DNA from: Chitinophagaceae bacterium
Lineage (GTDB): Bacteria; Bacteroidota; Bacteroidia; Chitinophagales; Chitinophagaceae
Direction of reading: 5' to 3'
NCBI GenBank assembly: GCA_028288585.1
Contig: JAQBNL010000021.1
Location: 9,221 to 73,220 of the forward strand
Length of the DNA stretch: 64,000 nucleotides
The notes under the pieces were generated by a model. That model did not search any database. It was not told the origin of the DNA and worked only from the letters and a program-made list of their open reading frames with translations. The first letter of the stretch is position 1, and each line of letters opens with the position of its first letter. The position numbers were made by a program, and so were the translations under genes. Positions 58,916 through 64,000 of the stretch are shown one piece after another.

Positions 58916-60211
58916 ATGAAGATTACAGCTTCTTTTAGCAAACTGTTTGAACTGGAGACACTGCAAAGTGAAAAGTTAAGAGCAGCAATTTTGGCTTCCT
59001 ATGCATTGTTTACGGGTTTGTACATTTTAGTGATAAGCTATTTAATAAAAAACGACACAGCCACAGGAATTCAGTTTACATTACCTCATACATTGCTTTT
59101 TCTTTTAGCAGGCCTGTTTATTTACGAGGTTACCATCAACAGGATTTTAAATCACAGGGCAGTAAAATTTGGCAAATCTATCCATCCGGATTTTAAATAT
59201 GCAAATGCATTTATTGAGCTGGCGATTATTACTGTAATGCTTTATGTTTATACAGTTTACTTTAAGCACAACTCTTTTTTATCTGATATAATAATGGTAA
59301 GCCTGTATTACCTCATAGTATTTCTATCAGCATTTTATCTTGACAAATATATCAGCGTGATAACAGGAATTATTGCAGCATGTGGCTATACATGTTTGCA
59401 TTTGATAAATCACAAAACAGGTTCTTCTACTGATATGATTGAAGAAATTTTATATAATAAATATTTCGTTTACGCTACAGGTATTTTACTTTTTTTATGC
59501 GGAATAGCAGCAGCATTTATGGCTAACCAGCTTCAGAAAAGTATACAGCGCACTGTTGAATTAGTGGAAGACGAAAACAAATTATTCAATTTATTCAGCA
59601 GGCAGATATCAAAGGAAGTAGCACAGGAATTATTGGATAAGGATGGTAAAATGCCCAGTGAGCTTAGGTTTGTGAGTGTTATGTTCATTGATATAAGAAA
59701 TTTTACTGTGTATGCTGAAACGCAGGAACCCGAGGCAATTGTTGAATTTCAAAATACATTTTTTGGAATAATTACCGGTGTTGTACATAAGTATGAGGGT
59801 ATTGTAAACCAGTTTTTGGGAGATGGCTGCATGGTAACTTTTGGCGCTCCTGTTACCGTAGATAATCCTGCAGCCAATGCGGTTAATGCTGCGCTTGAAA
59901 TAAATAAAATTATTGATGATAAAATTGCAAATAAAGAACTTCATTTATTTACCATCGGGATAGGCATACATTGCGGGGAGGCGGTTACCGGTAACATAGG
60001 AACGATTTTAAAAAGCGAGTATTCAATAACCGGCGGGGTAGTTATTCTTGCCGCAAGAATTGAATCAGAAAATAAAACTTACCACACAAAAATACTCATC
60101 TCAAAGGAAGCGCTGGAAGCAGCAGGTGTAAAAGGAATTAATGCAGTCTCTATGGGTGTATCACATTTAAAGGGCTGGAGTCACCCGGTAGAATTGTATA
60201 AACTGGCTTAG
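58916..60211 (+). CDS. Membrane-anchored class III adenylate/guanylate cyclase with atypical residues
   Basis: About six TMs, then FIDIRNFT, QFLGDG, IGIHCG, LAARIE. Likely start is the ATG at 58916. Confidence 0.9.
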   Translation: MKITASFSKLFELETLQSEKLRAAILASYALFTGLYILVISYLIKNDTATGIQFTLPHTLLFLLAGLFIYEVTINRILNHRAVKFGKSIHPDFKYANAFIELAIITVMLYVYTVYFKHNSFLSDIIMVSLYYLIVFLSAFYLDKYISVITGIIAACGYTCLHLINHKTGSSTDMIEEILYNKYFVYATGILLFLCGIAAAFMANQLQKSIQRTVELVEDENKLFNLFSRQISKEVAQELLDKDGKMPSELRFVSVMFIDIRNFTVYAETQEPEAIVEFQNTFFGIITGVVHKYEGIVNQFLGDGCMVTFGAPVTVDNPAANAVNAALEINKIIDDKIANKELHLFTIGIGIHCGEAVTGNIGTILKSEYSITGGVVILAARIESENKTYHTKILISKEALEAAGVKGINAVSMGVSHLKGWSHPVELYKLA

Positions 60212-61005
60212 TCTTCCTGCAAATAATGTTGTTTCCATTTTTGAAAAATATCCTGCTGCATTTGAATTTTCAATTCACCTGAGATGTTTGTCTGCAGCAG
60301 CTTAAGATCTTTTAAAATTTGCTTACGGTCGCTTTTGCCGGCTATCAAAAAATAAAAATATTTTTCTTTAGGTTGGCGTGTACCTGATTCTTCAGCTTTC
60401 CATTTATAAATGTTACCGGGCAAAAAATTATTTTTTGTAACATCAACCTGTAATGAAGTGGCGCTGTTTAAAATAGTATCCAATATTTTCTCATCTGCAT
60501 TATTTAAAATAACCAGGTGCACGGGTATTTTTCCGGCAGGCTTTTTCCATCCCAGCATAAAAGCATCAGCAATGATGATTGTATTATCAGCAGGTAGCTT
60601 CATTAATTCATCTCCCCGGAATACAACGGGAGTTACAGAAAGCTTATCTTCTTTTTTTCCTGAAAATAAATTGCTATAAACGTAACTAAAAAACTTTTGG
60701 GTAACGCCGGTATTGGCGGCACTTGACATCATCTTTTGCAATGTTTCAAATGTATAAGTGCCTGCTGAATTAACCTGCAGCGACTTACCGTTTTCTTCAA
60801 TAAGCATACAGGTGCCCTGCTTTACCTGTAAAGAATTATTTTTTACCAGGATATCGCCCCGCTTTGCGGCCGATGATTTATTAGCGGTAATAATATTTAC
60901 GTTGCCGGCTACATGATATACAACAAGGGATTTTTGTGCTGATGCTGCAGCAGCAATCAAAACAAAAAACAGTAGCAGGTATTTTATTTTAGTGTGCACC
61001 TTCAA
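60208..61005 (-). CDS. Secreted protein with a FecR-like N-terminus and a DUF928-like C-terminal region
   Basis: Signal peptide; VYHVAGNV...KRGDIL...LQV beta-rich segment; VFRG motif; W...YKWK Ig-like tail. The family call is pattern-based. Confidence 0.55.
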   Translation of the reverse strand: MKVHTKIKYLLLFFVLIAAAASAQKSLVVYHVAGNVNIITANKSSAAKRGDILVKNNSLQVKQGTCMLIEENGKSLQVNSAGTYTFETLQKMMSSAANTGVTQKFFSYVYSNLFSGKKEDKLSVTPVVFRGDELMKLPADNTIIIADAFMLGWKKPAGKIPVHLVILNNADEKILDTILNSATSLQVDVTKNNFLPGNIYKWKAEESGTRQPKEKYFYFLIAGKSDRKQILKDLKLLQTNISGELKIQMQQDIFQKWKQHYLQED

Positions 61006-62191
61006 AAAATTTTGAGTGAAACTTCCATTTTAATTTATGCCTTAAATACTGAACTATGCTATCATAAAACAAAATAAAATCTCCCAGCAATAAAACTGCA
61101 ACCAAAACTGCCGATGATTCGATTTTTAAATTTGCCTTTGCATATAATAAGATAGTTAAAAAAACGAACATAATGCTTACTGTTACCTGGAGCAACATTG
61201 TATACAGGTGAAACCATACGGCTTTATGCACCCACCATTTTATAAACAATGGTAAAATTATCCAGCTGAGAATAAATGCCAGCAGCCAGTTAAGCCATGC
61301 CGGAAAAGAATAGATATAATCTTCATCCAGCGCCATTCTTAAAATATTTGCATGAATAATACTGCCGTACATATCAGGATAACTGCGGCCGGAAAGGCGT
61401 GGATTCAACGGCGTAAAAAACCTGTCGTCATCCAGTAAGCCTTTATTTCCACCTGCACTGCCCATATAACCCAGTAATACAATTTTATCTTTTACAATTC
61501 CCGGATTGAAAGAGGGGTTGATTACTTCATCAAAAGTTTGGTAAGCAAAATTTTGAGTATTCCCAAAGTAACGGATCTCAGTTTTTCGCTGTTTCTTTAA
61601 TAATGCCGCAGCCTTAGACGAATCGTACATTTTTATAACAGCTGTGGTAAATGCCTGCACATTATTATAAACGGGATAATAATACCGTATGGTAGAATAC
61701 TGCCTGTCTTCACCAATTAGATTTACAAATGCGGTAGATTTTGTTTGAAAATATTCGTGATTCCTGGTTTCAGTAATCGTGCTGTCAAAAGATGCGATAT
61801 AGGGTAAAACAATATTAGTATAGCGGGCAAAAGTTTGCTTTAAGATTTCATCGGAAGCAGAATCTTTTTTATCAGGAAAAATAATGTCAAGGCCGATAAC
61901 CTTTGGCTTTCCTTCTTCCAGTCTTTGCAACAAAAAAGCAATTTCTTCACGGCTCTTATTTTCTACATTTATTAATACCAGCGGGCCTTTGTATATCCTG
62001 CTCTGGTTTATAATCTTTGCATAATATATATCTGTTAAAGTAAAATCTTTAAAAGCCTGGGTAAAGTGATTAAAAATAGAAACATTAAAAAATAGAAAAG
62101 ATAACACCCCGATGCCCGCAAAAACAAACAGGTTTACAATAAAATATTCCAGCCGGTGAGATTTTTTGGCACGGTGTAACTGTTTCTTCAT
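60989..62191 (-). CDS. Stand-alone CHASE2 domain membrane protein
   Basis: N-terminal TM, LVLINVE, KPKVIGLDIIF, VKDKIVLLG, D.FFTP, YGSIIHANIL, three C-terminal TMs and only a short cytoplasmic tail. Confidence 0.85.
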   Translation of the reverse strand: MKKQLHRAKKSHRLEYFIVNLFVFAGIGVLSFLFFNVSIFNHFTQAFKDFTLTDIYYAKIINQSRIYKGPLVLINVENKSREEIAFLLQRLEEGKPKVIGLDIIFPDKKDSASDEILKQTFARYTNIVLPYIASFDSTITETRNHEYFQTKSTAFVNLIGEDRQYSTIRYYYPVYNNVQAFTTAVIKMYDSSKAAALLKKQRKTEIRYFGNTQNFAYQTFDEVINPSFNPGIVKDKIVLLGYMGSAGGNKGLLDDDRFFTPLNPRLSGRSYPDMYGSIIHANILRMALDEDYIYSFPAWLNWLLAFILSWIILPLFIKWWVHKAVWFHLYTMLLQVTVSIMFVFLTILLYAKANLKIESSAVLVAVLLLGDFILFYDSIVQYLRHKLKWKFHSKFFEGAH

Positions 62192-62221
62192 TTTTTAATT
62201 TTATTATTTACATAAGCAAAA

Positions 62222-62253
62222 AAGGTATAAACAGGCGATCCCATTTATACCTT
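62222..62253 (-). terminator. Possible terminator between the small secreted gene and CHASE2
   Basis: Stem AAGGTATAAA/TTTATACCTT with a 12-nt loop, followed by a T-run on the minus strand. Confidence 0.5.
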
Positions 62254-62272
62254 CTTTACAATCTTGATAAAC

Positions 62273-62677
62273 TTATTGCTTCAGGTTAATAGTAAATACC
62301 CTGCTGTCGTTACAGTAACTATCGTTTTGCCAATAGTAAGTTCCGCCTGCAGTTTTTGCGTACCATTTTGTCCAGTTACCCGGAGTCCATACATCAAAGC
62401 GAACAGATGTTGCATACGGTGAAAGACGTCCCTGGTATTGATTTTCTACCCAAACATCTACATAATAACCTGTGTAGTTGTCAAGATAAAGATAGCAATA
62501 CCCTCTTTTTTTAGATTTAGGACGAACCTGGTCTTCAGAAGGCGCAGACATACTGCCATCACCTGAACCTGATTTGCCATAAACCGCAACTTTCTTTTTG
62601 GCTTGCGCAAATGATTGGTTTTGGAAGGCCAGTGAAAGGCCCAAAACCGCAATAAAAAGTAATAGTAACTTTTTCAT
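62273..62677 (-). CDS. Small secreted hypothetical protein
   Basis: Signal peptide, Gly/Ser linker, basic KSKKRG, then an aromatic-rich beta domain with two Cys. Confidence 0.75.
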   Translation of the reverse strand: MKKLLLLFIAVLGLSLAFQNQSFAQAKKKVAVYGKSGSGDGSMSAPSEDQVRPKSKKRGYCYLYLDNYTGYYVDVWVENQYQGRLSPYATSVRFDVWTPGNWTKWYAKTAGGTYYWQNDSYCNDSRVFTINLKQ

Positions 62678-62730
62678 AATTGATGTGTTTTTGAATTTAA
62701 AAATATAATAAATAATAATTCCCTGGTTAA

Positions 62731-64000
62731 TTACTTCACTTCATCCTTCTTCACAATATGAAACGGAACAGTCATAATATTTACTGCATCCGGTTGAATT
62801 GCCTCTTCCTGCGGGCCACGTTTTTTATTTCCCTCAGCATTATATGTCCCTTCTACAATTTTTTCAAATGGGCTTTTGCCCCTGCCCCTTGTTCCGGCTG
62901 CTTTTCCCCTGCTCTCAAAAATATTCCTGAGGTCAAGCGGAACATCAGAAGCAATTATTTTTAAAACATCAACACCATACGGGGGGCCTATTGTAAAAAT
63001 TTTTTCAAGCTTGATAGTATCTTCCTGTGATATCAAAAAATCTTCAGGCTGATCTCTTCTCCCCGGTATTAAAACATTTACCTGGTTATCGGGCTGAATA
63101 TCCACTATGGTATAATACAGTCTTTTTTGGTCACTGTGGTTGATAATATTCAAACGGAATTTATCTCCATTCTTAAAAAATATATTTCCTGCAACATCCA
63201 TTTTTGATTTTATTTTATCATCCAGGTATTGTGCAGTGCGGGGGTTATCACAATTTGCCACGCATTTAAGCGGAACAAATTGTAATGACACTTTATACTC
63301 GGGATTGGCAAGAGATAAATTACGGAGATATTTTGCCCTTGCATAATCGCCCACTTTCATGGCAAGTGTATCATATAAATTTTGATTAGCAATATTTTTA
63401 TTTGTTTGCCAGATGATCATCTGTCCTGAATTTACCAGGTAAATTGAATCACCGGAAAATGTATTCAACCCGCTTTCTAAAAAAAGATCAGCAGCTTCAT
63501 TGCTGAGGGTAGCCTGCCTGATATTATTGAATGCAGCTATAAGATTTTTTTTAATTTCAGCATCTGCTACATTCAATTTTACTTTTACGCCCAGGTCGCC
63601 ATAATTAATTTCATCAAGATAAACCCATGCAGATTTTATTTCTGCATCAGTTAATTTTTTATCCAGTTTTACCTCTGATGCATACTCACCTGCATTGGTA
63701 ATAATGCCTGTGGCCAAAGGTTTGGTGCCTGCCGTATCTCTTGTATCAGCCTTATATAATTTTAAAGTGGTGTTACCAAATATCCCAAAAATCTTCCCTA
63801 CAGGAATAGAAAGAATATTTGTTTTTTCATCTTTTTGAAGAAGGTAATAGGCAGGCTTACTCATTGCCTTTCCTCCAAACAAAGTATAATCAAGATCACC
63901 TTCAGCTAATGGTGTTTGCTGGGAAACAAGCGAACTCATCTCTAATTTAATATCGTCGAACAAACCGCGATAGCTGGTGCTTTTATCTGCTTTGGCAAGT
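62731..64000 (-). CDS. 3' part of a probable caspase-family (C14) protein with a DUF4384-like domain; start lies outside the window
   Basis: The frame stays open to base 64000 (LAKADKSTSYRGLFDDIK...QTPLAEG), resembling the end of a metacaspase domain. KNGDKFRLNI..YYTIVDIQPDN..VLIP is DUF4384-like. The catalytic His/Cys are not visible in the window. Confidence 0.65.
   Translation of the reverse strand, partial: LAKADKSTSYRGLFDDIKLEMSSLVSQQTPLAEGDLDYTLFGGKAMSKPAYYLLQKDEKTNILSIPVGKIFGIFGNTTLKLYKADTRDTAGTKPLATGIITNAGEYASEVKLDKKLTDAEIKSAWVYLDEINYGDLGVKVKLNVADAEIKKNLIAAFNNIRQATLSNEAADLFLESGLNTFSGDSIYLVNSGQMIIWQTNKNIANQNLYDTLAMKVGDYARAKYLRNLSLANPEYKVSLQFVPLKCVANCDNPRTAQYLDDKIKSKMDVAGNIFFKNGDKFRLNIINHSDQKRLYYTIVDIQPDNQVNVLIPGRRDQPEDFLISQEDTIKLEKIFTIGPPYGVDVLKIIASDVPLDLRNIFESRGKAAGTRGRGKSPFEKIVEGTYNAEGNKKRGPQEEAIQPDAVNIMTVPFHIVKKDEVK

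Noticed and set aside
58916-60211. Cyclase as a Pycsar/CBASS defence system
   Set aside because: It has a multi-TM sensor-like N-terminus and no co-transcribed cNMP-binding TM or TIR effector; kept only as an atypical signalling cyclase.
1-64000. tRNA, rRNA, riboswitch, transposase or integrase genes
   Set aside because: All intergenic gaps over 100 bp were read and none showed recognisable signatures. An Infernal/tRNAscan run would be needed to exclude small ncRNAs formally.

Overview
AT-rich bacterial chromosome segment, almost certainly Bacteroidota and probably Chitinophagaceae-like. This rests on a SusC/SusD pair, T9SS PorP/SprF genes with type-B cargo, TAnnTTTG promoters, and grpE-dnaJ without dnaK. 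Most of the window is housekeeping or envelope genes (yidC, rplY, prs, radC, folD, queE, dprA, pepT, exbBD, prmC, grpE, dnaJ, hpt, recG, Fpg/Nei). I saw no rRNA, tRNA, CRISPR array, transposase or integrase. Five things stand out. (1) At the right end, a gene cluster encodes an inferred metacaspase/DUF4384 protein (truncated by the window), a small secreted protein, a stand-alone CHASE2 sensor with no output domain and a FecR/DUF928-like secreted protein. It converges on a membrane class III cyclase with non-canonical catalytic residues. (2) An orphan tandem PD-(D/E)xK (DUF6998-like) nuclease gene sits in a cassette-like context behind a duplicated pepT 3' end. (3) The 3' ends of both pepT and prmC are duplicated, with mostly synonymous divergence. 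(4) Three families of small repeats (a 141-bp MITE-like element, REP-like hairpins and heptamer arrays) sit at stop codons or in frame inside genes. (5) An Fpg/Nei glycosylase lacks the catalytic N-terminal proline. All family calls come from motif recognition by eye; no database searches were run.
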